Part shown: positions 1 to 9,839 of the stretch, in pieces
Layout: the number at the start of each line of letters is the position of its first letter
Numbering within the stretch: position 1 is the first letter of the stretch
Source: Dehalococcoidia bacterium
GTDB lineage: Bacteria > Chloroflexota > Dehalococcoidia > UBA2979
DNA length: 64,000 nucleotides
Reading direction: 5' to 3'
Assembly (NCBI GenBank): GCA_965262725.1
Contig: OZ253555.1
Location: 1,376,001-1,440,000, forward strand
Program-made: the position numbers and the translations under genes
The notes under the pieces: generated by a model
Database searches by the model: none
The model's input: the letters and a program-made list of their open reading frames with translations, nothing else
What the model was told of the DNA's origin: nothing

Positions 1-717
1 GCCGGCCACATCCCGGGGGCAATCAGGCTGAACGCCGGCGGGTCGTTCCAGAAGGAGATCGACGGTGTGTCCGGGTTGATCCCGCCGGCCGAGGAGGTGG
101 CTGCGGTGCTCGCCGGGGTCGGAGCGACGGCCGATAGCACCATCGTCTTCTACGACCAGCGCGGTTCGATCTGGGCGTCGCGCGGCCTCTGGGTGCTCTC
201 CGTCTACGGCCACGACGACGTCCGACTGCTCGACGGGGACTTCCCGCTCTGGGAGACCGAGGGCCGTGCGGCCAGCACCGAGACGCCCGCCGTGGTGAGT
301 TCGTCCTACGCCTTTGCGTCTGACCCCAACAACGACGTGATCGCCGGCTGGGACGAGATCATCGCGTCGATCGACGACCCGAGTGTCCTGGTCTGCGACG
401 CGCGCTCGCCCGAGGAGTACGCGGGCCGCGACGTGCGCGCCGACCGCGGCGGGCACATCCCGGAGTCTTTGAACGTTGAGTGGAGCCGCGCCATCGGCGA
501 GGACGGCCGGTTCCTCCCCGCCGACGAGCTGCGCGAACTCTACGACGGCGAAGGCGTCGTGGCGGGGAACACTGTGTACACGCTCTGCCAGACGGCGGTG
601 CGCGCTACGCACACCTGGTTCGTCCTGAGCGATCTGCTCGGCTACTCGGACGTGCGTGTCTACGACGGATCCTGGACCGAGTACGGCAACCGCGAGGATT
701 CGCCCATCGATTCGTAA
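1..717 (+). CDS. Sulfurtransferase (tandem rhodanese, SseA/CysA type), 5' truncated by window
   Basis: Frame open from base 1: AGHIPGA, GGHIPES, active-site LCQTAVRA, C-terminal VYDGSWTEY. Confidence 0.9.
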   Translation, partial: AGHIPGAIRLNAGGSFQKEIDGVSGLIPPAEEVAAVLAGVGATADSTIVFYDQRGSIWASRGLWVLSVYGHDDVRLLDGDFPLWETEGRAASTETPAVVSSSYAFASDPNNDVIAGWDEIIASIDDPSVLVCDARSPEEYAGRDVRADRGGHIPESLNVEWSRAIGEDGRFLPADELRELYDGEGVVAGNTVYTLCQTAVRATHTWFVLSDLLGYSDVRVYDGSWTEYGNREDSPIDS

Positions 718-761
718 CGTTGTCCTGCGGTCGACGAGACCGCGGGCGGGTGCCCCGGAGC

Positions 762-791
762 AGGTCCCGCGTGCCCAGGCACGCGGGACCT
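762..791. terminator. Perfect hairpin between convergent genes
   Basis: aggtcccgcgtgcc-ca-ggcacgcgggacct; no U tract. Confidence 0.4.
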
Positions 792-877
792 CTCTGTGCG
801 GGCGGTTGACCCGGCTGCGACGTGCGCGGGCTCCGGCGTGCCGCGTCCACGGGGCACCCTTCGGGCGCCGGCGGGCG

Positions 878-1663
878 CTAGTGCTCCTCGAAGAGGAGTC
901 CCATCCCGGCGATCTGGTCCTGGATACCGAGCGTCCTCAGCGTGTGCCAGGCGTTCGCGATGTTGATCGGGATCACGGGCTTGCCGAGCTGGTGCTCGAG
1001 CGTCGGGAAGATGTCGACGGCCGAGAGGTTCGTCCCCACCTGGACGATCGCGTCGACGCCGGCTGCTTCGAGCTCGCGCACGGCCTCGAATACCTCGGTG
1101 CGCGGCGTGTGCGCGATCGAGGTAGCGGTGGCGCACCTCAGGCCAACGATCTTGCGCACGTCGAAATCCATGTCGCCGAAGAACGCGCGCACGTTCTCGT
1201 CACCGATCGGCTGGTAGGGCGTGAGGACGCCCAGTCGCCGCGCGCCGAACGTGTGGAGCGCGTCGACGCACGCGGCCGCGCCGGTCGTGAGCGGGATGTC
1301 TCCGATCTGCTCCTTGACGCGGCGGATGAACTCCTCGTTGCCGGCGAGGCCGCCCCAGAAGGTCTCGGCGCTCATGCCCATCATCACGGCGGTGGGTTCG
1401 CAGGTGAGCAGGTCACGTACGGCGATCGGGATTTCCGTGCGGATGAACTCGAGGAAGGCCAGGAAGGCATCATCCGTGTCGAGGGCCGGTGACTCCACGA
1501 AGAAGCGGCCGGGGTGCCAGGTCACGCCGGGGAGTGAGATCTTGCCGAGGTCGTACTCGACAGCCGTGTTGGTCGAAGGGATCACCACCCCGACGCGCGC
1601 GCGGTAGCCGATGTAGTTCTCAAGCGGCGCGTCCATCGTCCCGGCATCGGCTACGGTCGTCAT
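878..1663 (-). CDS. Maleate isomerase/arylmalonate decarboxylase (Asp/Glu racemase) family protein
   Basis: RVGVVIPSTNTAVE, LGVLTPY, GKPVIPIN; ATG 1663 overlaps the upstream stop. Confidence 0.8.
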   Translation of the reverse strand: MTTVADAGTMDAPLENYIGYRARVGVVIPSTNTAVEYDLGKISLPGVTWHPGRFFVESPALDTDDAFLAFLEFIRTEIPIAVRDLLTCEPTAVMMGMSAETFWGGLAGNEEFIRRVKEQIGDIPLTTGAAACVDALHTFGARRLGVLTPYQPIGDENVRAFFGDMDFDVRKIVGLRCATATSIAHTPRTEVFEAVRELEAAGVDAIVQVGTNLSAVDIFPTLEHQLGKPVIPINIANAWHTLRTLGIQDQIAGMGLLFEEH

Positions 1664-2385
1664 CGCGTCTCTCCGATCCTCCGAGTAACCGGCGTGGCGG
1701 ACCCGGCGCCTCCCTCGGCTTCGCCGGCGCGGCTCCGGGCAATCATGGCGGCCACGGCCTCCGTCGCCACCACGAGGTCGGCGTACTTCTGCTCCATGTC
1801 GAACAGGTTTGCCTCGTGGGGTCCGAGCGCGCGGTCGCCGACGCAGTCCCGCACGACGACGGCGCGCAGATTGTAGCTCATGGCATCGACGACGCTGGCC
1901 CGCACGCAACCCGACGTCGTGGCACCGGTCACGACCAGCGTGTCGGCGCCACGGCCGAGGAGCCACGGTGCGAGATCGGTGCCGAAGAAGGCCGAGGGCT
2001 GCGTCTTCCGGATCACGTGCTCGCCGGGCTCGGGCGTCAGCTCGGCGACGATCTGACTCCCCTCCGCCTCCTCTGTGAGGTCGAGGAGTCCCGGCGCCTT
2101 CTGTGTGAAGACGCCGGCGTCGGAGCCGTCGCTCGCGTAGACGACGCGCGTGAAGGCCACCGGGAGACCGGCCCGCCGAGCGGCCTCGAGCACGGGCCGC
2201 GTGTTGGCGATTGCCTCGGCGATGTTGCCCCCGCCGAAGCGCGCGGGGTCGGCGAACGCGTTAGTGAAGTCGACCACGAGCAGTGCAGGGCGATCGCCGA
2301 AGCCGACCGGGCCTCCGAGCCCCTGACGCCGGTAGAGCGCGAGGTCCGCATCGGTCGCGGGCGGTCGCCCGTCCGTCCCCTTCAC
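1660..2385 (-). CDS. Isochorismatase-family amidohydrolase (N-carbamoylsarcosine amidase/maleamate amidohydrolase-like)
   Basis: ALLVVDF, KTQPSAFFGT, GATTSGCVRASVVDA; GTG start overlaps the upstream TGA. Confidence 0.85.
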   Translation of the reverse strand: MKGTDGRPPATDADLALYRRQGLGGPVGFGDRPALLVVDFTNAFADPARFGGGNIAEAIANTRPVLEAARRAGLPVAFTRVVYASDGSDAGVFTQKAPGLLDLTEEAEGSQIVAELTPEPGEHVIRKTQPSAFFGTDLAPWLLGRGADTLVVTGATTSGCVRASVVDAMSYNLRAVVVRDCVGDRALGPHEANLFDMEQKYADLVVATEAVAAMIARSRAGEAEGGAGSATPVTRRIGETR

Positions 2386-3584
2386 GCGATCTCTCGCTCG
2401 CGCTCGAGGGAGACGATCATCGAGGAGCCGCGCAGGAACGCGAGCGCCGCCTCCGGAGTCTCCGCGGTGCGCCTCCATTCGTCGTGTCGCTCCCGCCTGA
2501 GGCGGGGATCGGTCTCGCGCATCAGCTCCCGGTTCCGGACCGTCGCCGCCTGCACGTGCTCGATGCAGACCGTGCGGCGCTGCCGCTCGTAGCGATCGAG
2601 CAGCGAGCCGTCCGCCCCCCGCCAGATCTCGATGAGCTTCTTGGCCAGGTTCACCGCGTCGTGCACGCTCCCGTTCATCCCCATCCCGCCGAGCGGGTTG
2701 TTGACGTGGGCGGCGTCGCCGACGAGCAGGATGCGGCCGAGCCGGTAGCGCTCGGCGACGCGCTGGTGCACGCGGTAGAGCGATCGGTGGGTGACCTCGT
2801 AGGGCTCCGATCGCGGGAGTACGCTCTGCATGCGGCGCTGCACGCTCGCGTCGCCGGTGAGGTCCCCGTCGTCGTGCTCGGGACCAGTGGGGAAGAGCAC
2901 GCGCCAGAAGTAGCGCGTGCGGAGCAGGACCAGCCACTCCTCGGGGTCCGAGACGTAGTTGACGAAGCTCAGGTCCTCGATCTCCTCCCGGAAGTCGAAG
3001 GGTGTCGTCAGCACGAGGAAAAACTCCGGCAAAGTGAGCCCCTGGAACTCGATGCCCTGCGAGATGCGGACGAGTGAGGCGGCACCGTCGGCGCCTATCA
3101 GGTAGCGCCCGCGCTCGGTCCGCTCCTGCATGTCCTCGAAGCGGATGAGCGCGGAGACGCCGCCCCCGTTCTGGTGCGCCCCCACCACGGACTCGCCGAA
3201 GCGGACCTCGCAGCCGCCGCTCGCCACCAGGCGGTCGAGCAGGATCTGCGTGAACTTCCACTGCTCGGTCTGAACGCGATACGGATGGGAGGTGAGGCCG
3301 GCGAGGATCGAGAGGTCGAAGGTGGCGATCGGTCCGGTACGCCGGTCGCGGTACTGCCAGGTGGGGGCGATGAGCCCCTGTTCCATCACGCGCTCGGTGA
3401 CACCGCCGAGTTCGTCGAGCATGTCGAGCGTCGGCGGATGGAAGGTCGAGGCTCGCGGATCGATGGGGAGGCTCTGCTCGGCCTCGAAAACCGTGACGGG
3501 GATGCCGGCGTCCACGAGGAACGCGGCGGCGCTCAGCCCCGCCGGTCCGGCCCCGGCTATGAGCACGCGGTCCTCGTCGGCCAT
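2382..3584 (-). CDS. FAD-dependent monooxygenase (class A, aromatic hydroxylase-like)
   Basis: GAGPAGL, GADGAAS, GDAAHVNNPLGGMGMN. Confidence 0.9.
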   Translation of the reverse strand: MADEDRVLIAGAGPAGLSAAAFLVDAGIPVTVFEAEQSLPIDPRASTFHPPTLDMLDELGGVTERVMEQGLIAPTWQYRDRRTGPIATFDLSILAGLTSHPYRVQTEQWKFTQILLDRLVASGGCEVRFGESVVGAHQNGGGVSALIRFEDMQERTERGRYLIGADGAASLVRISQGIEFQGLTLPEFFLVLTTPFDFREEIEDLSFVNYVSDPEEWLVLLRTRYFWRVLFPTGPEHDDGDLTGDASVQRRMQSVLPRSEPYEVTHRSLYRVHQRVAERYRLGRILLVGDAAHVNNPLGGMGMNGSVHDAVNLAKKLIEIWRGADGSLLDRYERQRRTVCIEHVQAATVRNRELMRETDPRLRRERHDEWRRTAETPEAALAFLRGSSMIVSLEREREIA

Positions 3585-3663
3585 CGTCCGGCCCGCCTCC
3601 CTGCGTTGACGCGCGAGGACTCCTGTATACAATCCGCCGAGATTTCTGCCCACCGCCGGTGCG

Positions 3664-4623
3664 GTGGCGCCCCGGAAGAATGGAGCTCCCGTGCCCTACG
3701 ACTTCGTGCCGCTCCCGGCGCGCCAGCCCCTTCGCTGGCCCAACGGCGCGCGCCTCGCGCTGATGATCAGCTTCAACCTGGAGCACTGGGACCTGGTGAA
3801 GGAGACTGACCTCCCCTACTACGCAGGGGGGCCGCCCGCGCTCCCGGATCCCCTCCCCGGCCGCGTGGCGGACTTCCACAACTACTCGTGGCGCGAGTAC
3901 GGCCAGCGAGTGGGGATCTGGCGGATGATTCGCGTCATGGACGAGGCCGGCGTTCCCGCAGGCTGCACCATGAACGCCAAGACCGGGCTCGAGCGCCGCG
4001 CGATCATCGACGCCGCGCTCGAACGCGGCTGGGAGTTGATCGCCCACAACTACGAGCAGGGAGACCTGCTCACCAACTACGACGGCAACCCCGACGACGA
4101 GCGCACGCTGGTACGCGAGACGCTCCGCGTCTTCGAGGAGGTCACGGGGCGACGGGCGAGGGGCTGGCTATCGTCGTCCCTTCGGGGCACGCAGGCGACG
4201 CCGGAGATCCTCGCGAGCGAGGGGCTGATTTTTTTCTGCGACTATATGAACGACGATCAGCCCTACCTGATCCAGACGGCTCACGGCCCGATCGTCTCCA
4301 CGCCGTACTCAGTCGAGATCAACGACTTCACGCTCTTCCACCGCCGCGGCATGACCACCTCGCAGGTGCTGGAGTCGCTCATCGAGCAGTTCGACCAGCT
4401 CTACGCCGAGGGCGCCGAGTCCGGGCGCCTCATGAACGTGGGACTGCACCCCCACGTCTCCGGTCATCCCTACAGGATTCGCGCCCTCCGCGAGTTCGTC
4501 GAGCACGCGAAGAGGCACGAGGGCGTGTGGTGGGCCACCCGCGAGGAGATCGCCGAGTGGTACCTGGAGAACCACGCGAGCCACATCCCGCCCCCAGACG
4601 GCACCGCAGACACGACCGCGTAG
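3664..4623 (+). CDS. Polysaccharide deacetylase/PuuE allantoinase-like CE4 hydrolase
   Basis: WPNGARLA, SWREYGQRVGIWR, DDQPY, GLHPHVSG. Confidence 0.85.
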   Translation: MAPRKNGAPVPYDFVPLPARQPLRWPNGARLALMISFNLEHWDLVKETDLPYYAGGPPALPDPLPGRVADFHNYSWREYGQRVGIWRMIRVMDEAGVPAGCTMNAKTGLERRAIIDAALERGWELIAHNYEQGDLLTNYDGNPDDERTLVRETLRVFEEVTGRRARGWLSSSLRGTQATPEILASEGLIFFCDYMNDDQPYLIQTAHGPIVSTPYSVEINDFTLFHRRGMTTSQVLESLIEQFDQLYAEGAESGRLMNVGLHPHVSGHPYRIRALREFVEHAKRHEGVWWATREEIAEWYLENHASHIPPPDGTADTTA

Positions 4624-4642
4624 GGGCTCGGGGCCAGGTCCG

Positions 4643-5335
4643 GTGGTCGCCGCCGTCTACGAGACGCCGGACGACGCCCTCGAGGGCGTCGAGGACGGCG
4701 CGACAGTGATGGTCGGTGGCTTCGTCTCGGCCGGCTCGCCGTCGAATCTGATCCTCGCGCTGAAGCGGCGCGGCACCAGCGGCCTCACGGCGATCGCCAA
4801 CAATATCGGACTCGGCGACAAGCTCGACGAGCTCTGCGAGGGTCGCCAGCTTCGGAAGATGGTCGCGAGCTTCGCCATCCGGGCCTCCGGCGGGCGCCGC
4901 AGTCGCTTCGAGGAGCAGTACCACGCGGGCGAGGTCGAACTGGAGCTCGTGCCGCAGGGCACGCTCGCCGAGCGTATCCGCGCCGGCGGCGCTGGCATCG
5001 GTGGGTTCCTCACTCGCACCGGGCTCGGCACGCCCCTCGCCGAGGGGAAGCAGGAGCTCGAGGTGGGGGGGGAGCGCTACCTGCTTGAACGCCCGCTGCG
5101 CGCCGACGTCGCGCTGATCAAGGCGGCGCGCGCCGACCGGCTCGGAAACCTCGTCTACCGGGAGGCGGGTCGGAATTTCAACCCCGTGATGGCGACGGCG
5201 GCGGATCTGGTGATCGCCGAAGTCGAGGAGATCGTCGAGCCGGGTGAGCTCGATGCCGAGCGCATCGGCACCCCCGCGGTCTACGTCGACCGGGTCGTGC
5301 GCTGCGACGCAGTCGAAGTGCGCTGGTCCGGCTAG
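4643..5335 (+). CDS. 3-oxoacid CoA-transferase subunit A
   Basis: VMVGGF, PQGTLAERIRAGGAGI, RNFNPVMA. Confidence 0.9.
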   Translation: MVAAVYETPDDALEGVEDGATVMVGGFVSAGSPSNLILALKRRGTSGLTAIANNIGLGDKLDELCEGRQLRKMVASFAIRASGGRRSRFEEQYHAGEVELELVPQGTLAERIRAGGAGIGGFLTRTGLGTPLAEGKQELEVGGERYLLERPLRADVALIKAARADRLGNLVYREAGRNFNPVMATAADLVIAEVEEIVEPGELDAERIGTPAVYVDRVVRCDAVEVRWSG

Positions 5336-5365
5336 GCCGGTTCGGGCGACGGAGGAGGCGCGACG

Positions 5366-6025
5366 ATGCCCGGCGGGCTGACACGAGAACTCATCGCCCT
5401 GCGTACCGCGCGCGAGCTCGGGGACGGCATGGTCGTCAACCTCGGGATCGGCCTCCCGACGGAGGTCGCCGGCTTCCTACCCGAGGGCCGCACCGTGCTC
5501 TTCCAGGCGGAGAACGGGATCCTCGGCTACGGGGGCATCAGCGATCGGGACTTCGACCCGGACCGAATCAACGCCGGCGGGCAGCCCGTCGAGCTGCTCC
5601 CCGGTGCGAGCTTCTTCGACAGCGCCTCCTCCTTCGCGATGATCCGCGGCGGGCACGTCGATGTCGCGGTGCTGGGCGGCCTCCAGGTCTCAGAGCGGGG
5701 CGACCTCGCGAACTGGTTCGTCCCGGAGCGCGGCGGAGGCTCGGTCGGGGGCGCGATGGATCTCGCCGTGGGCGCCCGCCGCCTGATCGTGGCGATGGCG
5801 CATCGCACGCGCGAGGGCGGACCGCGTATCGTCCGCGAGTGCTCCTACCCGCTCACGGCGCCCGCGTGCGTCGACCTGATCGTGACCGATCTCGCGGTGA
5901 TCGAGGTAACGCCTGTGGGCCTTCTCCTGCGCGAGGTCGCTCCCGGCGTCAGCGCCGGCGAGGTGCAGGCCGCGACGGAGCCCGAGCTCGTTCTCGCCGA
6001 CGACCTGCACGAGATGGCGCTCTAG
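5366..6025 (+). CDS. 3-oxoacid CoA-transferase subunit B
   Basis: [14 protein letters not shown] catalytic Glu, GGAMDL. Confidence 0.9.
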   Translation: MPGGLTRELIALRTARELGDGMVVNLGIGLPTEVAGFLPEGRTVLFQAENGILGYGGISDRDFDPDRINAGGQPVELLPGASFFDSASSFAMIRGGHVDVAVLGGLQVSERGDLANWFVPERGGGSVGGAMDLAVGARRLIVAMAHRTREGGPRIVRECSYPLTAPACVDLIVTDLAVIEVTPVGLLLREVAPGVSAGEVQAATEPELVLADDLHEMAL

Positions 6026-6046
6026 CGCCGGAGGGAGGCTTCACGG

Positions 6047-7252
6047 ATGACCGATGCGAACACGGCCGTCCTCTCGCCCGACGACGTCGTCCTGCTCTCG
6101 GGCGTGCGCACGGCGATCGGCACGCTCGGCGGGGCGCTCGCAGAGACGCCCGCCTCCGATCTCGCCGCTGCCGTCATCCGCGAGGCGGTTGCGCGCGCCG
6201 GAATCGAGCCGGCGCAGGTGGACCAGGTGATCCTGGGCTGCGTGGGGCAGGTCGCGGAGGACGCCTACATCGCGCGCCACGCCTCCGTGAAGGCAGGGAT
6301 GCCCATCGAGACGCCGGCCTACACCGTGAACCGTATCTGCGGCTCGGGCCTCGAGGCGATCCACGAGGCGGCGCGGTGGCTCGCCGCGGGCGATGCCGAG
6401 ATCGTCGTCGCCGGCGGCGCTGAGAACATGAGCCGGATGCCGTACTACGTGCGCAAGGGGCGCTTCGGCTACCGCTACGGCGACGGGGCTCTCGAGGACG
6501 GCACGCTCGATCTCGTCACCGACCCGTTCGAGGACGTTCCGATGGGGATCACGGCCGAGAACCTTGCGGAGCGCTACGGGATCTCCCGTGGCCGGCAGGA
6601 CGAGTACGCGCTGCGCTCGCAGGAACGGGCGCGCCGGGCGATCGACGAGGGCCGCTTCCGCGAGCAGATCCTCCCGCTCGAGGTGAGGCGCGGCCGCGAG
6701 ACAGTCGTCTTCGACACCGACGAGCACCCGCGCGAGACCTCCGCGCCGGCGCTGAGCCGGCTGCGGCCGGCCTTCCGTTCCGACGGCTCGGTCACGGCCG
6801 GCAACTCCTCCGGGATCAACGACGGCGCCGCTGCCGTCGTCGCGACGACCGCGGGCACGGCGGCGAAGCTGGGACTCCGCCCACGGCTCCGGCTCGTGGC
6901 GCGCGCGGAGGCCGGCGTCGAGCCCGAGATCATGGGGTCCGGGCCGATCCCGGCGATCGGGAGGCTGCTTGAGCGCGCGGGGCTCTCCTTGGCCGAGATC
7001 GACGTCATCGAGCTGAACGAGGCGTTCGCGTCGGTCGCGGCGGCGTGCTCGGGTGCGCTCGGACTCCCGACGGAGCGCACCAACCCCAACGGGGGCGCCA
7101 TCGCGCTCGGACATCCGGTCGGCGCGACCGGCACCATCCTGGTCGTGAAGCTGATGCACGAGCTGGAACGCACCGGCGCGCGCTACGGCATCGCCTCGCT
7201 CTGCATCGGGGGCGGCCAGGGCATCGCCTCGCTCGTCGAGCGTCCCCGCTAG
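6047..7252 (+). CDS. Acetyl-CoA C-acyltransferase (thiolase)
   Basis: NRICGSG, NEAFA, GHPVGATG, LCIGGGQG. Confidence 0.95.
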   Translation: MTDANTAVLSPDDVVLLSGVRTAIGTLGGALAETPASDLAAAVIREAVARAGIEPAQVDQVILGCVGQVAEDAYIARHASVKAGMPIETPAYTVNRICGSGLEAIHEAARWLAAGDAEIVVAGGAENMSRMPYYVRKGRFGYRYGDGALEDGTLDLVTDPFEDVPMGITAENLAERYGISRGRQDEYALRSQERARRAIDEGRFREQILPLEVRRGRETVVFDTDEHPRETSAPALSRLRPAFRSDGSVTAGNSSGINDGAAAVVATTAGTAAKLGLRPRLRLVARAEAGVEPEIMGSGPIPAIGRLLERAGLSLAEIDVIELNEAFASVAAACSGALGLPTERTNPNGGAIALGHPVGATGTILVVKLMHELERTGARYGIASLCIGGGQGIASLVERPR

Positions 7253-7297
7253 GGCCGAGGTCTCCCGGGCGGGGCATCCCGGCGGTGGGCCGACATC

Positions 7298-8479
7298 CTA
7301 GATCACGCCGTCCTCGCGCAGCCGCACGATCTCATCCCAGCCGAAGCCGAGCTCCTCCAGGTAGCGCTCGGTCGAGTCGCTGAGCTCGGGCGCCGGCCCG
7401 GTGAGGCGCGCCGGCGCGCGGCCGAACTGGATCGGCGATCCCGCCACGGTCACCTCGCCGAGCACGGGGTGCGGCAGCGTCTGGACGTAGCCGTTCGCCC
7501 GCGCCTGCTCGCAGGCGAGCACGTCGTCATAGCTCTGCACCGGCGCGAAGATGATGTCCTGCTCCTCGAAGCGCTCGAACCAGAAGGCCTGCGTCTTGGC
7601 GCGGAAGCGGCGCTCGAGCTCCGCGTTGATCACCGGAAGCCCCGCGGCGCGCCGCGCGTCGTCGGGGTAGCGCTCCGCGAGATCGGGCGCCCCGACCAGC
7701 GAGGCGAGCCGGCGGAAGCGGAACATGTCGACCGAGCCCAGGACGAACCAGCCGTCCGAGGCCTCGAAGGCGCGCCAGATTCCGCGCTTGCTCGCCTCCG
7801 GGTGGCCGAGCCCGCCGCGTCCGGAGTCGCGCCCGAGCATCGAGTGCGTCGTGATCTCGAAGCTCTGCAGGGCGATCTGCGACCCGTAGAGCGACACATC
7901 TACCTGCTCGCCCTCCCCGGTGGAGCGCGCCTTGAGCAGCGCCGCCAGCATCCCGACGGCGAGCAGGATCGCGCCGGTCTGATCCGCGATCGCGGCGCCG
8001 GCGGGCGACGGGGGATCCCCCTCGGCGCCGGTCTTGGTCATGATGCCGCCCATCGCCTGTCCCATGATGTCGACCCCGGGGCGGCCGGCCATCGGCCCCA
8101 GCGGGCCGAAGCCGGTCGCGCTGCCGTAGACGATGGCGGGATTGACGGCGCGGAGGTCGTCGTAGCCGAGGCCGAGGCGCTCCATCACGCCCGGGCGGAA
8201 GTTGTTCACGACGACCTCCACGCGCTCGGCGAGGCGCTTCACGATCTCGATCGCCTCGGGCCGCTTCAGGTCGAGGGTGACGCTGTGCTTGCCGCGGTTG
8301 TGGGCGACGAAGTAGGCGACAGGGCGATCCCCGGGGAAGATGTGGCGGCCGCGCTCGCCGTCGAGCCCCTCAATCTTGATGATCTCGGCGCCCATGTCCG
8401 CCATCAGCGCCGTGGCGAACGGTCCCTGCTGCGCCCACGTGAAATCAAGGACGCGCACGCCCTCCAGCGGTCGCGGCAC
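7298..8479 (-). CDS. Family III (CaiB/BaiF) CoA-transferase
   Basis: PLEGVRVLDFT, NRGKHSVTLDLK, NFRPG, catalytic Asp in IADQTGA. Confidence 0.9.
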   Translation of the reverse strand: MPRPLEGVRVLDFTWAQQGPFATALMADMGAEIIKIEGLDGERGRHIFPGDRPVAYFVAHNRGKHSVTLDLKRPEAIEIVKRLAERVEVVVNNFRPGVMERLGLGYDDLRAVNPAIVYGSATGFGPLGPMAGRPGVDIMGQAMGGIMTKTGAEGDPPSPAGAAIADQTGAILLAVGMLAALLKARSTGEGEQVDVSLYGSQIALQSFEITTHSMLGRDSGRGGLGHPEASKRGIWRAFEASDGWFVLGSVDMFRFRRLASLVGAPDLAERYPDDARRAAGLPVINAELERRFRAKTQAFWFERFEEQDIIFAPVQSYDDVLACEQARANGYVQTLPHPVLGEVTVAGSPIQFGRAPARLTGPAPELSDSTERYLEELGFGWDEIVRLREDGVI

Positions 8480-8580
8480 CAGCGCTCCCTCCCCTCGACC
8501 GCGGGTGCGGCTCGTGAATCGTACGGGCGCCGCGGGGGCGCCTCAAGGAGCGGGGTGGCCCTCCCGTCGCGCCGGGCCGC

Positions 8581-9807
8581 TCAGCCCCGCGGCAGTCCGA
8601 GCCCGCGCGTCGCGATCACGTTCCGCTGGATTTCGTTGCTCCCGGCCGCAATCGTCGAGGAGATGTGGTCGACGGAGCGGTAGGTGTGGACGCCGTCGAG
8701 CGGGGCGTACGGCGAGCCGGGCCATAGCGTCCCGTAGAGGCCGAAGGCCTTCATCGCGCTCTGCTGCAGCGTCTGGGCGAGCTCGGAGCCCACGATTTTG
8801 GAGATCGACGCCTCGTAGTTCGGGACGCGGCCACTCTTCTGGATGGAGATGATGCGGAAGGAGAAGTTGGCGAGGAGCTCCGTCTCCACGTAGCGGCTCG
8901 CGAGTAGCTGGCGGGTCGAGTCGAGCTCAACGACGCGCGAGCGCTCCCGCCCCTCGTCGGAGTCGAGATAGGCGAGTAGCTCCTCGACCTCGCGTCTCTG
9001 GGCGACCGCACCGCCCACGTTCGAGCGCTCGTGGTCGAGCAGCGTCATCGCGACGTACCACCCGCGGTTCTCCTCGCCGACGCGGTTTGTGACCGGGACC
9101 CGCACGCGCTCGTAGAACGACTCGTTGGTGCGTCGCTCCCAGGCGGCGCTGATGATCGGTCGCACCTCGACGCCAGGGCTGTCGAGCGGCACGAGCAGGA
9201 AGGAGATGCCGCGGTGCTTCGGCGCCTCCGGGTCGGTGCGGACGATCATGAAGATCCAGTTGGCGACGTGGCCGAGCGAGGTCCAGATCTTCTGGCCGGT
9301 GACGATGTAGTCGTCGCCGTCGCGCACGGCGCGCGTGGTGAGCGAGGCGAGATCTGAGCCAGCACCCGGCTCCGAGTAGCCCTGCGCCCAGATCATCTCC
9401 CCCGCGAGCGTCGGCTGCAGGAAGCGCTGTCTCTGCTCCTCGTTGCCGTGCAGCATGATCGTGGGCCCGAGCATCTTGACGCCCGGACCCCCGACGATCG
9501 GCGCCTCAGCGTAGGCGAGCTCCTGGTTAAGGATGAACTGCTCGGCGGCGCTGAGACCAGCGCCGCCGTACTCGATCGGCCAGTGCGGTGCCCCCCAGCC
9601 GCGCTCGCCGAGCGCCGCGGCCCACCGCAGAGCCGAGTCGCACGCCTCCTCGTCCCCGTGCAGGACGTCCCACTGCCACCAGTACTGGGGGCTGACGCCG
9701 GCCGGCCCGCTCTCGCGGTCGCGGTAGAACTCCGGGAGGCGCGCCTCGATGAGCTGCCGCACCTCGGCCCGGAAGGCACTCTCCTCGGTGCTGTCCGCCC
9801 AGTCCAT
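8581..9807 (-). CDS. Acyl-CoA dehydrogenase
   Basis: QGYSEPGAGSDL, GQKIWTS, GSNEIQRNVIA. Confidence 0.92.
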   Translation of the reverse strand: MDWADSTEESAFRAEVRQLIEARLPEFYRDRESGPAGVSPQYWWQWDVLHGDEEACDSALRWAAALGERGWGAPHWPIEYGGAGLSAAEQFILNQELAYAEAPIVGGPGVKMLGPTIMLHGNEEQRQRFLQPTLAGEMIWAQGYSEPGAGSDLASLTTRAVRDGDDYIVTGQKIWTSLGHVANWIFMIVRTDPEAPKHRGISFLLVPLDSPGVEVRPIISAAWERRTNESFYERVRVPVTNRVGEENRGWYVAMTLLDHERSNVGGAVAQRREVEELLAYLDSDEGRERSRVVELDSTRQLLASRYVETELLANFSFRIISIQKSGRVPNYEASISKIVGSELAQTLQQSAMKAFGLYGTLWPGSPYAPLDGVHTYRSVDHISSTIAAGSNEIQRNVIATRGLGLPRG

Positions 9808-9839
9808 CAGCCGCCTCCCCGCTCGCCCCGATCGCTAGC

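Noticed and set aside
1660-4047. Very long ORFs such as 795 aa (1660-4047), 766 aa (20897-23197), 722 aa (32934-35102) and 622 aa (62081-63949)
   Set aside because: High-GC shadow frames or upstream extensions overlapping well-supported genes; only the motif-bearing parts were kept
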